Assembly (NCBI GenBank): GCA_964628245.1
Contig: CAZVMU010000007.1
Span: 66,090 to 130,089 of the forward strand
Source of the DNA: an uncultured Phycisphaeraceae bacterium
Lineage (GTDB): Bacteria > Planctomycetota > Phycisphaerae > Phycisphaerales > UBA1924
Length of the DNA: 64,000 nucleotides
Direction of reading: 5' to 3'
Of this stretch, positions 37,591 to 46,815 are shown piece by piece; position 1 is the stretch's first letter, and each line of letters starts with the position of its first letter. A program made the translations under genes and the position numbers. A model generated the notes under the pieces. It was not told where the DNA came from and ran no database searches. It worked only from the letters and a program-made list of their open reading frames with translations.

Positions 37591-40227
37591 ATGAAACAGA
37601 AATGTCTGATTGGTATCGGGGCGTTCGCGATGAGCGCCGGTCTTGCGTGCACGTGTCTGGCGGCTGAGGGGCCGGACGTGATCGTGGGTGACTTGCCGGA
37701 CATCTCGAACTGGACCGCGGGGAGCCCGGTGAACGGGATCCGCGCGTATTCGGTGGGCACGACATCGTGCAACGTCGGCACCGTCGTCCTGCAGTGGATC
37801 GCGAGCAACAACCGGCACCCGGTCATCGGGCAGAATCTGTACAAACTGAGCAACGGCCGATTCACGCAGATCGGACAGAGCTGGCTGAAGCACGGCTTCA
37901 CGGCGCTCCAGGGAACGGTCTGCAGCACGAGTTGCACGCCGAATCCGGGCGGCGGATCGGGGCTGGGCCTTCTGTGCTCGGATCCGTACGGCTCGTCGCT
38001 CAACGGCGGGCAGTCGCGCCTTGGGCCCAAGTCCGAGGTGAACGCGGCGACGGGTTTCTATCCGTATCCGTTCATCAACCAGGGCACGACGGGCACGATC
38101 GGCAAGCGCCTCCAGGTGAACGACACCGAACTGACGCCCGAGGATGGCTCGCAGTACTTCGTCTCGGGGCAGTATGTCACGTGGGACGACACCCAGGCGG
38201 GGAACAAGACCAACAACGAGTCGTATCGGCGCGCGACCATCGGTGCGGCTCCGAACCGGAACATCACGGTGACGGGCACGACGCAGCGCGGGATCCCGGC
38301 GATCTATGCGTGGCAGGATCACGGGCTGGGGGCGAACATCCCCGACCCCGGTGTCATCATCACGCATCTCCAGGTGCCCGAGGACGGCGATTTCTTTGTC
38401 GGGTCCAAGGCGACCTCGGTGGGGACGAACGTGTGGCGGTATGAGTACGCGATCCAGAATCTGACTTCGGATCGATCGGGCGGATCGTTCAGCATCCCGC
38501 TCCCCGAGGGCGCGGTGGTGACCAACGTCGGGTTCCATGACGTGGACTACCACTCGGGCGAGCCGTACAACAACATCGATTGGACGCACACGATCTCGGC
38601 GGATTCGATCACGTGGAACGTGGTCGGGACGTACGTGCCGAATCCGGCGCCTCCGGCCCCTCAGACGGCGGACACGGCGAACGCGCTGCGATGGGGCACG
38701 ATCTACTCCTTCTGGATGGATGTGAACTTCCCGCCGGAGAACGGGACGGGAACGTTGGGCCTCTTCAAGCCCGGGACGCCCGCGGACGCGAGCGTCGGCA
38801 TTCGCGTGCCGAGCGTGACGGGCCAGACGGGCCCGACGAATAACGATTTTGTGTTCGCGCCGCCGGTGGGCGCGGGAACGACGCAGTTCACGACGACGGG
38901 CGCCTCGACGGACGGGAACAACCTGTCCGACGGGACGACGATCGCGAACGACGTGTGGTTCCGCTACACGGCGGCGTGCGCCGGCGCGACGACGATCGGG
39001 CTGTGCGGAAGCTCGTTCGACACGAAGATGGCGGTCTATCCCCTGAGCGCCGGCGTGCCGGCGGCGGGATCGGAGATCGCGTCGAACAACGACGATCCGC
39101 TCTGCCCCACGGGGAACGGGACGCAGTCGCGCGTGACCTTCAACGCGACGGCGAACGCGACGTATTTCATCCGCGTGGGTGGGAACGGGACCGCGTCGGG
39201 CGATGCCGAGATGAGCATCGTCGGGCCGTCCTGCACACCCCAGCCCCCGGCGAATAATGCGGTGGCGGGCGCCCAGTGGCTCGCGGACGCGGCCGAGGTC
39301 ACGGGGACGACGAGCCTCGCGACGAATGACGGGACGGCGACGTGTGGCAACTCGGCGACCTCGCCCGACGTGTGGTTCCTCTATCGCCCGCAGACCAGCG
39401 GCGTGATCTTCTTCACGACGTGCGGGAGCCAGCTCAACACCGTGCTCAGCGTGTATGACCACGCGAGCGGCACGCAGATCGCGTGCAACGACAACGCCCA
39501 GTCGGGCGATTGTGCCGGGACCAACCAGTCTCTCGCGGCGATCGTCGGGACGGCAGGGACGACGTATCGCGTCCGCCTCGCGGGGGCGAACAACTCTCGC
39601 GGCTCGTACGCCATGAAGGCGACGGGCGGCGGGGGGGTGCTCCCGGCGGCCAACGACACGTGCCTCAACCGGCAGGTCCTGCCCTTCGGCACGACCAACT
39701 TCAACAACTTCGGCACCGCGACCGACGGCCCGACGCACGTGGGCTGCCCGGTTCCCAATGACGTGTGGTACAACCTTCACACGGACTCCGCCGGCGACGT
39801 GACGATCTCGACGAACGCGACGTTCGACTCGGCGCTCTCGGTCTACTCGGGCGCTGGCTGCTCGGATCTGGCCTCGCGTCTGGTGATGTGCAGCGACACG
39901 GGTGGCTCGGGCACCAACGCCGCGGTGACCTTCGCCGCCAGCGCCAACAGCAACTACACCATCCGCGTGGGTGGGACGACGACGGGCACGGGTACCATCT
40001 CGGTGACGGCGGGCGTGACCTGCGTCGCTGACATGGACGACGGGACCGGGACGGGCACGCCCGACGGCGGCGTCACCGTGGACGACCTGCTCTACTACGT
40101 CGGGATCTTCGGGAACGGCAACATCGGCGCTGACGTCGATGACGGCAGCGGCACGGGCTCGGCCGACGGCGCTGTGACGATCGACGACCTGCTCTACTAC
40201 ATCGTCCGCTTCCAGGCGGGGTGCTAA
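37591..40227 (+). CDS. large secreted protein with three internal approximately 135-aa repeats and C-terminal tandem dockerin-like module
   Basis: Signal peptide (MKQKCLIGIGAFAMSAGLACTCLAAEG). Three repeats carrying DVW[FY]..T.CGS.FDT..[AS]VY. C-terminus CVADMDDGTGTGTPDGGVTVDDLLYYVGIF...ADVDDGSGTGSADGAVTIDDLLYYIVRFQAGC-stop. Confidence 0.75.
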   Translation: MKQKCLIGIGAFAMSAGLACTCLAAEGPDVIVGDLPDISNWTAGSPVNGIRAYSVGTTSCNVGTVVLQWIASNNRHPVIGQNLYKLSNGRFTQIGQSWLKHGFTALQGTVCSTSCTPNPGGGSGLGLLCSDPYGSSLNGGQSRLGPKSEVNAATGFYPYPFINQGTTGTIGKRLQVNDTELTPEDGSQYFVSGQYVTWDDTQAGNKTNNESYRRATIGAAPNRNITVTGTTQRGIPAIYAWQDHGLGANIPDPGVIITHLQVPEDGDFFVGSKATSVGTNVWRYEYAIQNLTSDRSGGSFSIPLPEGAVVTNVGFHDVDYHSGEPYNNIDWTHTISADSITWNVVGTYVPNPAPPAPQTADTANALRWGTIYSFWMDVNFPPENGTGTLGLFKPGTPADASVGIRVPSVTGQTGPTNNDFVFAPPVGAGTTQFTTTGASTDGNNLSDGTTIANDVWFRYTAACAGATTIGLCGSSFDTKMAVYPLSAGVPAAGSEIASNNDDPLCPTGNGTQSRVTFNATANATYFIRVGGNGTASGDAEMSIVGPSCTPQPPANNAVAGAQWLADAAEVTGTTSLATNDGTATCGNSATSPDVWFLYRPQTSGVIFFTTCGSQLNTVLSVYDHASGTQIACNDNAQSGDCAGTNQSLAAIVGTAGTTYRVRLAGANNSRGSYAMKATGGGGVLPAANDTCLNRQVLPFGTTNFNNFGTATDGPTHVGCPVPNDVWYNLHTDSAGDVTISTNATFDSALSVYSGAGCSDLASRLVMCSDTGGSGTNAAVTFAASANSNYTIRVGGTTTGTGTISVTAGVTCVADMDDGTGTGTPDGGVTVDDLLYYVGIFGNGNIGADVDDGSGTGSADGAVTIDDLLYYIVRFQAGC

Positions 40228-40357
40228 GCCTCCAGAGTCGGTTGCAACTTCCGACATCCACACCCGCCCGCGAGAGCATCGCGGGCGGGTTGTTTTTTGT
40301 CCGTCCTGGACGCGCGGCGCGCATAGTTCTCCCTCGCCGCGATATGCTGAGACCATC

Positions 40358-43300
40358 GTGCAGGCCGAGCGTGTCTTTCTGGGTTGGGACGGGCCGATGC
40401 TCCCGCGGGCGGCGGCGTGGCTGCGCGAGCGATTTTCAGATCCCGGTGTTCTGGGTGGGGTGATTTGCGTCGTACCAGGCGCCCGAGCCGGGCGACGGTT
40501 GGTGGCGCTCCTTGCCGAGGATGAGGGTGATGGCGTGTGTGTGCCGCCTCGGGTGGTGCAGCCGGGCGGGCTTGCGTCGCTGCTTCGATTTCGAGAACCG
40601 GTTCGTCGGGTGGCGAGCGAGGCCGAGCGACTGCTGGCGTGGGCGCGATCGATCGAAGTGGAGAAGGGTGTTTTCGAGGCGCTGCCGGCGATGGAGGCGG
40701 GGCGATCGACGCTGACGGGGCGATTGGGCCTGGGCAGGTCGCTCGAATCGATTCGCGGCACGATCGCGCGATCGGGGATTGTGGACGGATTGTGCTTTGA
40801 ACGCGCGGGTGCGGCGGCGAGTGAGATCCATCCGGGCGACGAGGAACGCTGGGGCGTGCTCGAGCGGCTCGAGGCGAGGACGCGATCGATTCTGTCGAGA
40901 CGATCGTTGGGGTTTGAGGAGGACGTTCTGCCTCGCCTGCGTGAGGCGGGTCGGCGACCCTCGGCGATCGTGCTGATCGGCGTCCCCGAACTCGACGGCC
41001 TCTCGCGGGCGGTGCTTCGTGTGATGCTCGACGCGGGTGTGCCCGTGGTCTCGCTTGTGGGGGCGCCGCAGAGCGAGTCGCTTCTCTTCGATGAGCACGG
41101 ATGCGTTGATGTGAATCGAGCCGACGGGTGGCCGGAGCGGGAGATCGATCTCGCGCGCGAGAGAGAAGATCCGGTGCGAGTCGTGAAGGACCAGGGCGAG
41201 CAGGCCGAGGGTGTGCTCGAGGTGATCGAGGCGCTCGCGGTGGCGGCGGCGTCTCGCGGGGGCACGCTGGCCGCGGATGAGGTGGTTGTGTGTGCGCCGT
41301 CGCCCGAGGGCGCTCGGCACCTGGAGATCGTGGGGCTTTCGCGGGGTGTGGAGTTCCATGATGCCGCGGGTGTGCGGCTTTCGCGTACGCTTCCCATGCG
41401 ACTGCTCGAGGATCTCGCGGCATACGCGCAGTCGCCAACGCTTGAGCACCTCTCTTCGCTCGTGCGGCATCCGGATGCGGAGCGGTGGCTCTCAAAGCGG
41501 TTGGGATCGCCGGCGGTCGATATGCGGGGTGGGACGGAGATGTGGCTGGAGGCGCTGGACAAGGCCGTGAGCAGGCGGCCTTCGGTGCGGATCGAGGCGA
41601 GCGAGTTGGCGAGCGGGGCGGCGAGCGCATCACGGCACGAGTCTGAGGTGTTGCGCGCCGTGTACCAGTGTGTGCAAGACCTTGTGGGCGTGGCGATGGG
41701 GTTGGCTGGGGGCGGCGTCGATGGTGAAGGGAATGAAGAGGCGAGGACGGTGCCTGAAGCAGAAGTAAGCACAGGCGGGACGCCTGTGCCACGAGAGCGA
41801 GTCGATCGCGCTGCGCGAGTCTCTGTCGGCTTCTCGGCCGGATCGACCACGGTTGGAGAGTGGGCGCGGCGGGCGTGGCGTGTGCTTGGCGTGGTGTATG
41901 CGTCGGGATTTGGGAGAGACACGCTTGCGGACACCCAACGCGCGACCGGCGAGGAGTTTGCCGAGGCGACTCGGGCGGCGCTGGATGCGATTCGCGGGGC
42001 GTGTGAGGAACTCGCGAGTATCGAGATGGAATCCGACGCGTCGAAAGCGACTCGCGTTGGTGTGGTTGAGGGGTTTGGGGTTGTGTTGTCACTCGTGCGT
42101 GATCGCGTGGCGGCCGAGGAGGCGACGCGTGAGAGCGTGGACATGATCGGGTGGCTGGAGTTGGCGCTCGACGACGCGCCGATGGCGATAATTCTGGATC
42201 TGAGTGAGGGGGTCGTGCCGTCGAGAGTCGCGGGGCATCCGCTGCTTCCCGGGCGTGTGCGCGGGAGGCTCGGCCTGGAGACGGACGAGAGCCGGGCGGC
42301 GCGTGACGCGTATCTCCTGCAGTGGGTCGCGCGATCAAGACGACTGGTTCGCGTCTTTGTGCCCCGGCGGTCGGCTCGCGCGGACGCGATGACGCCGAGC
42401 CGGTTGTTCTTTCGCGGTGACGATGCGACGCTTCTTCGGCGAGTCGGCGTGTGGACCAAGGACGAGAGTGAGCATCCACGCCCGGTGGTTGTGGGGAGTG
42501 GATCGCGGGGCGTCGAAGCGCGATTCGAGCCGGTGGAGGTCGGCGTGTTCCGTGTGCCCGTGACGGGGTTCAAAGACTACCTGCTCTCGCCCCGGTATTT
42601 TTATTACAAACACATCCTGGGCCTTCGTGAGCGGGAGGAGGAAGGGTGGGAGATCGGCGCGCTCGGGTTTGGCACGATGATCCATGGGGCGATCGAGGCG
42701 ATCTCGTCCATGCCCGAGGCGGATCGGTCGCATGAGTCCTTCGTGGGCGAGGCGATGCACGCGGGGTTGGAGGAGTGGGTTCGCACGCACATCGGTGGCC
42801 GCGTGCCCCGGCCTGTAGAGTTGCAACTCGAGGCCGCGCGGCGGCGGCTTGTCGCGGTGGCGGCGTGGCAGGCGCGTGAGGCGCAGGCCGGGTGGCGCGT
42901 GATGCACAGCGAGTGGAAGGGCGTCGGCAACGTGCTCACACGGTTTGAGGTCGAGCATCGTGACCGCGAACGCGGCGTGACGCGGCGGTCGTTGCTCGTG
43001 ACAGGACGGATCGATCGCGTGGATGTCCACGCGGAGACCGGTGACATTCGAGTCATCGACTTCAAGACCGGCGACAGCGCGTCGACGGCGGACCGTGCCC
43101 ACTACTCGCGCTCGAGGGGGTGGATCGATCTGCAACTGCCGCTGTATGTGCGCGGCGTGGAGTTGCTACGTCCCAAGGGCGCGATCCATGCGGGGTATGT
43201 GTGCATTCCGGCAAGCGTTGGGGGCGACGAAGGCGGCGAGGTGGCGTTTGATGTCGCCACCTGGGAGAAGTCGTCGCTCGGCGAGGCTCACGCCCGGGCC

Positions 43301-43441
43301 CAGGAGATCGCGCAGGCGATGGTGAATGGGGAGTTTGAGGAGGAGGGCGATGTGCCGACGCACGCGGGGGCGTCTTTGGTGCGGCTGCTTGGGATGTTCG
43401 ATCGTGATGACACGGATGATGGAGATGAGGTGGGTGCATGA
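40358..43441 (+). CDS. AddB-like helicase-nuclease subunit (inactive-helicase scaffold with C-terminal PD-(D/E)XK nuclease)
   Basis: 1027 aa. No clear Walker A. C-terminal RecB-family nuclease motif (GRIDRVDVHAETGDIRVIDFKTGD). Stop overlaps the next start as ATGA. Confidence 0.65.
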   Translation: MQAERVFLGWDGPMLPRAAAWLRERFSDPGVLGGVICVVPGARAGRRLVALLAEDEGDGVCVPPRVVQPGGLASLLRFREPVRRVASEAERLLAWARSIEVEKGVFEALPAMEAGRSTLTGRLGLGRSLESIRGTIARSGIVDGLCFERAGAAASEIHPGDEERWGVLERLEARTRSILSRRSLGFEEDVLPRLREAGRRPSAIVLIGVPELDGLSRAVLRVMLDAGVPVVSLVGAPQSESLLFDEHGCVDVNRADGWPEREIDLAREREDPVRVVKDQGEQAEGVLEVIEALAVAAASRGGTLAADEVVVCAPSPEGARHLEIVGLSRGVEFHDAAGVRLSRTLPMRLLEDLAAYAQSPTLEHLSSLVRHPDAERWLSKRLGSPAVDMRGGTEMWLEALDKAVSRRPSVRIEASELASGAASASRHESEVLRAVYQCVQDLVGVAMGLAGGGVDGEGNEEARTVPEAEVSTGGTPVPRERVDRAARVSVGFSAGSTTVGEWARRAWRVLGVVYASGFGRDTLADTQRATGEEFAEATRAALDAIRGACEELASIEMESDASKATRVGVVEGFGVVLSLVRDRVAAEEATRESVDMIGWLELALDDAPMAIILDLSEGVVPSRVAGHPLLPGRVRGRLGLETDESRAARDAYLLQWVARSRRLVRVFVPRRSARADAMTPSRLFFRGDDATLLRRVGVWTKDESEHPRPVVVGSGSRGVEARFEPVEVGVFRVPVTGFKDYLLSPRYFYYKHILGLREREEEGWEIGALGFGTMIHGAIEAISSMPEADRSHESFVGEAMHAGLEEWVRTHIGGRVPRPVELQLEAARRRLVAVAAWQAREAQAGWRVMHSEWKGVGNVLTRFEVEHRDRERGVTRRSLLVTGRIDRVDVHAETGDIRVIDFKTGDSASTADRAHYSRSRGWIDLQLPLYVRGVELLRPKGAIHAGYVCIPASVGGDEGGEVAFDVATWEKSSLGEAHARAQEIAQAMVNGEFEEEGDVPTHAGASLVRLLGMFDRDDTDDGDEVGA

Positions 43442-46400
43442 GCGCGGCACCCGGGAAGAAGTACGGGATCGCTCGCGGTGAGGGGGGTGCCGCTCGCGGT
43501 CGCGCGCCGATGGAGCCGACGGTCGCGTTGCGGACGATTCTGGCTTCGGCGGGTTCGGGGAAGACGCACGAGTTGACGAGCGCGTATCTGCGACTGCTCG
43601 TGCATGGCGTGCCGGTGACGCGGATTCTGTCGGCGACGTTTGCCCGGCGGGCGGCGGGGGAGATTCTTGATCGGCTTTTGAAGCGGCTGGGCGAGGGTGC
43701 GGCGAGTGACACGGCGGCGCAGGCGCTGGGCACGGCGCTTGGCGTGAGAGACCTGACGGCAACGGAGTGCCTCTCGACGCTGCGCGTTTTCACGAGGTCG
43801 ATCCACTCGGCGTTCGTTGGCACCTTGGATTCGTTCTTTCATCGCTTCGCGTCCACCTGTGCGCTCGACCTGGACCTGCCGCTGACGTGGTCGATCGCGG
43901 ACGAGGAGACGGATCGGGAGTTGCGGCGGGTGGCGCTCCTTGATTCGCTCGAGGCCGCGGACGTGATCGAGCAGGCGCAGGTGATCCGGACGCTGCATGG
44001 GCAGTATGCCAAGCGGGCGATCGTGTCGTCGCTGGAGCGGTCGGTCGCCGCGACGTATGACGTGGCGCGTGATGTGGCGGATGGGGCGTGGGAGACGATT
44101 CCGCCGCCGGGCGAGGCGGACTGGGGAATCGCGGAGAAGAGCGCTGCCGCGATCCGCGAGGAGATGCTGGAGCCGAAGCGTGATGGCACGCCAAACAAGA
44201 ACTTTGTCAACGCGCTCATTCGGCTTCGTGGAAATATCGAGAATCGAGACGCGGAGGCGATCATCTCCGCCGGGATCGGCAGGCCGATTGTGGAGAGCAT
44301 CTTGAGCGGTGCCGAGACCATCACGTACTACGGCAAACCACTCCGCGAAGATCTCCTTTCACAACTCTGGCCAATCGTCGAGCTGGCGATGAACGATCTG
44401 CTCACGCGGCACGTTCGTGGCGGGATGGCGCTGCGTGACATCCTCAAGGACTTTGGCGTTCACTACACGCGGCTGAAGCACGCGCGGGGGCTGGTCAAGT
44501 TTGATGATGTGCCTCGGGCGCTCTCGCGGGCGCTTGCGCGGATGAAGATCGACGATGCGTACTACCGGCTTGATGGACGGATCGATCATGTCCTGCTCGA
44601 CGAGTTCCAGGACACGTCGATGGACCAGTACCGACTCTTCGGGCCGATACTCGATGAAATCCGGGGCGGGGGCGAGGGGGCGGGCGGGTCCGCTATGGGG
44701 CGGAGCGTGTTGCTGGTGGGCGATCCGAAGCAGAGTCTGTATCAGTGGCGCGGGGCCGAGCCGCGGCTGCTCCCGATGCTGGCCGAGCGAGGAAAGGCGG
44801 AGCCGCGGGACACGAGTTTCCGGAGTGATCCGGCGGTGCTTGGCGCCGTGAACGAGGTCTTCTTGAATCTGCACGATGGGTTGAGTGACGAGTTCGATGG
44901 CGTGGCTTTGGCGTGGGGGTCGATGTATCGGGAGCATCGCAAGGACCCGAAGGCGAAGCGGCAGGAGGCGGTTGGGTTTGCCGCGTTGCATGAGGCCATC
45001 GACTCTTCGATTGCCGATGATGATCCGGACACGAAGGCGAAGAAGGATGATCGACTCGTGGCGTGTGCGACGAGCGCGGCGTTGCTGGTCGAGCGGCTCT
45101 TGAGCGAGCGGCCGGATTGGACGATCGGCGTGCTCGTGCGCGACCATAAGGGGTTGTTCGCCGTGATGCGGGCGCTGCGGAAACGGGGCATTCCGGCGAG
45201 CCAGGAGGGGGGGAACCCGCTGACTGATGCGCCGATCGTGAGGGCGGCGATGAGCGCGCTGACCTTTGCGGATTCGCCGAGTGATGGCGTCGCGTGTTAC
45301 CACGCGATGCACTCGCCGGCCCGGTCGCTGCTGGGAATCGAGGACGAGTTCCCCGGCCGGACGCGGGTGCGGCGGGCGGTGTCGCGGCTTCGGTTCCGGC
45401 TGGCGACCGAGGGGTATGACCGCGTGCTCGCCGCGTGGGCGCGATCGATCGAGGGTGAACTCGACGAGTGGAGCCGGCGACGACTGTCGCAGTTGGTGGA
45501 AGTGGCCGAGCGATTCGGGCCTGAGGCGGGGGAGAGGCCGAGGCGATTTGTCGATCGCGTGGAGCGGCATGGGGTGGAGTCGCCTCAACCCGAGCGGGTG
45601 CGGGTGATGACGGTGCATGCGAGCAAGGGGCTGGAGTTCGACGCGGTGGTGCTCCCGACACTGATGGAGAGTCTGGTGGGAAGGCCGCCAGAGGTGCTGG
45701 TGCACGCGCCGGACCCGATGAAGCCGGCGGCGTGGGCGGGGCGGTATCCGAGCGCGGAGGTGAAGGCGTGCCATCCGATGCTGGATGAGGCGTGGCGGGC
45801 GTGGCGAGCGCGGTGCGTGCATGAGCAGTTGTGCGTGCTGTATGTGGCGATGACGCGAGCGAGGCAGCGGCTGGACATGATCGTGCCGGCCGGCAAGGAA
45901 GGCACGGCCACGACGAAGCCAGGAACGAGTGGCGTGCCGACGTTCGAGCGGGTGCTGCGGGGCACGCTCGTGCGAGATGGATCGTCAGGACGCGCGACCA
46001 ATGTGACTCATGACGACTTGCGTCTTCGGACGGTGTGGTCGATCGGCACGCCGCACGCTTCGAGTCCGAGGCCGATCGAGCGCGAAGTGGAGGTGAAGAT
46101 GCCGGGCCGGATCTCGCTCGCGCCGGCTTCGCGGCGCGTGGTGCGTGTGAGCGCGACGCGCGAGGCGGCGGTTGGCGCGGGCGTGAGTCGCTACCGAACC
46201 GAAGTGGATGATGGCGTGGCACGGGCCCGGGGGCTTGTGGCCCACGCGTGGTTCGAACTTATCGAATGGCTGGAGCGCGACGGACCGACCGACGCGATGC
46301 TCCGCGCCCGGTGGGAGGATCTCGCCTCGGACGTGCCGGCACTCGCGAGTCTGGACTTTGCCCGGGAGGTCGATCGATTCCATGAGGCGATCCGTGCGGT

Positions 46401-46758
46401 GGAGGTTCGGGCGCTGCTCACGCGGCCCGAGTCGCCGACCCGAGTCATGCGTGAGCAGTCATTCGCGTTCACCGAACCAGGTCCAGATGGCGGATCTCGG
46501 GTGCTGCGGACCGGGCGGATCGATCGGCTCGTACTCCATCTTGACGCCTCCGGCACGCCTACACGGGCGGAGGTGATCGACTTCAAGACCGAGGTTCTCC
46601 TCGCGGATCGGGCGGGGGCTCGCCGCGCGGCCGAGACCCACCGATCTCAGGTCGAGATCTACCGGGAGGCAGCGGCGAGACTCGCAAGTCTTGCGCGTTC
46701 GCGGGTGGAGGCCCGGGTAGTCTTCACGAGCCGGGGGTGGCTCGAGACACTTTCGTGA
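43438..46758 (+). CDS. AddA-like ATP-dependent helicase/nuclease (UvrD/Rep superfamily 1 helicase with C-terminal RecB nuclease)
   Basis: Walker A ASAGSGKTH. UvrD motifs (VLLDEFQDTS, TVHASKGLEFDAVVL). C-terminal nuclease motif (GRIDRLVLH...EVIDFKTE). Confidence 0.8.
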   Translation: MSAAPGKKYGIARGEGGAARGRAPMEPTVALRTILASAGSGKTHELTSAYLRLLVHGVPVTRILSATFARRAAGEILDRLLKRLGEGAASDTAAQALGTALGVRDLTATECLSTLRVFTRSIHSAFVGTLDSFFHRFASTCALDLDLPLTWSIADEETDRELRRVALLDSLEAADVIEQAQVIRTLHGQYAKRAIVSSLERSVAATYDVARDVADGAWETIPPPGEADWGIAEKSAAAIREEMLEPKRDGTPNKNFVNALIRLRGNIENRDAEAIISAGIGRPIVESILSGAETITYYGKPLREDLLSQLWPIVELAMNDLLTRHVRGGMALRDILKDFGVHYTRLKHARGLVKFDDVPRALSRALARMKIDDAYYRLDGRIDHVLLDEFQDTSMDQYRLFGPILDEIRGGGEGAGGSAMGRSVLLVGDPKQSLYQWRGAEPRLLPMLAERGKAEPRDTSFRSDPAVLGAVNEVFLNLHDGLSDEFDGVALAWGSMYREHRKDPKAKRQEAVGFAALHEAIDSSIADDDPDTKAKKDDRLVACATSAALLVERLLSERPDWTIGVLVRDHKGLFAVMRALRKRGIPASQEGGNPLTDAPIVRAAMSALTFADSPSDGVACYHAMHSPARSLLGIEDEFPGRTRVRRAVSRLRFRLATEGYDRVLAAWARSIEGELDEWSRRRLSQLVEVAERFGPEAGERPRRFVDRVERHGVESPQPERVRVMTVHASKGLEFDAVVLPTLMESLVGRPPEVLVHAPDPMKPAAWAGRYPSAEVKACHPMLDEAWRAWRARCVHEQLCVLYVAMTRARQRLDMIVPAGKEGTATTKPGTSGVPTFERVLRGTLVRDGSSGRATNVTHDDLRLRTVWSIGTPHASSPRPIEREVEVKMPGRISLAPASRRVVRVSATREAAVGAGVSRYRTEVDDGVARARGLVAHAWFELIEWLERDGPTDAMLRARWEDLASDVPALASLDFAREVDRFHEAIRAVEVRALLTRPESPTRVMREQSFAFTEPGPDGGSRVLRTGRIDRLVLHLDASGTPTRAEVIDFKTEVLLADRAGARRAAETHRSQVEIYREAAARLASLARSRVEARVVFTSRGWLETLS

Positions 46759-46815
46759 GAGGCGGACTGCGGCGGTGTGCTTGCCATTGGCCCGGAGAAT
46801 CCCAACCATGTCGGC

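Noticed and set aside
37573-42573. 1666-aa minus-strand ORF spanning the large secreted protein gene and the AddB-like gene
   Set aside because: It is antisense to two well-supported plus-strand genes. The translation is low-complexity and rich in Ser/Thr/Arg/Pro/Ala with no domain signatures. This is a typical long spurious ORF in the reverse frame of GC-rich coding DNA.
44359-46222. 487-aa and 509-aa minus-strand ORFs antisense to the AddA-like helicase
   Set aside because: The plus-strand gene has Walker A and UvrD motifs. The antisense ORFs are Pro/Arg/Ser-rich.
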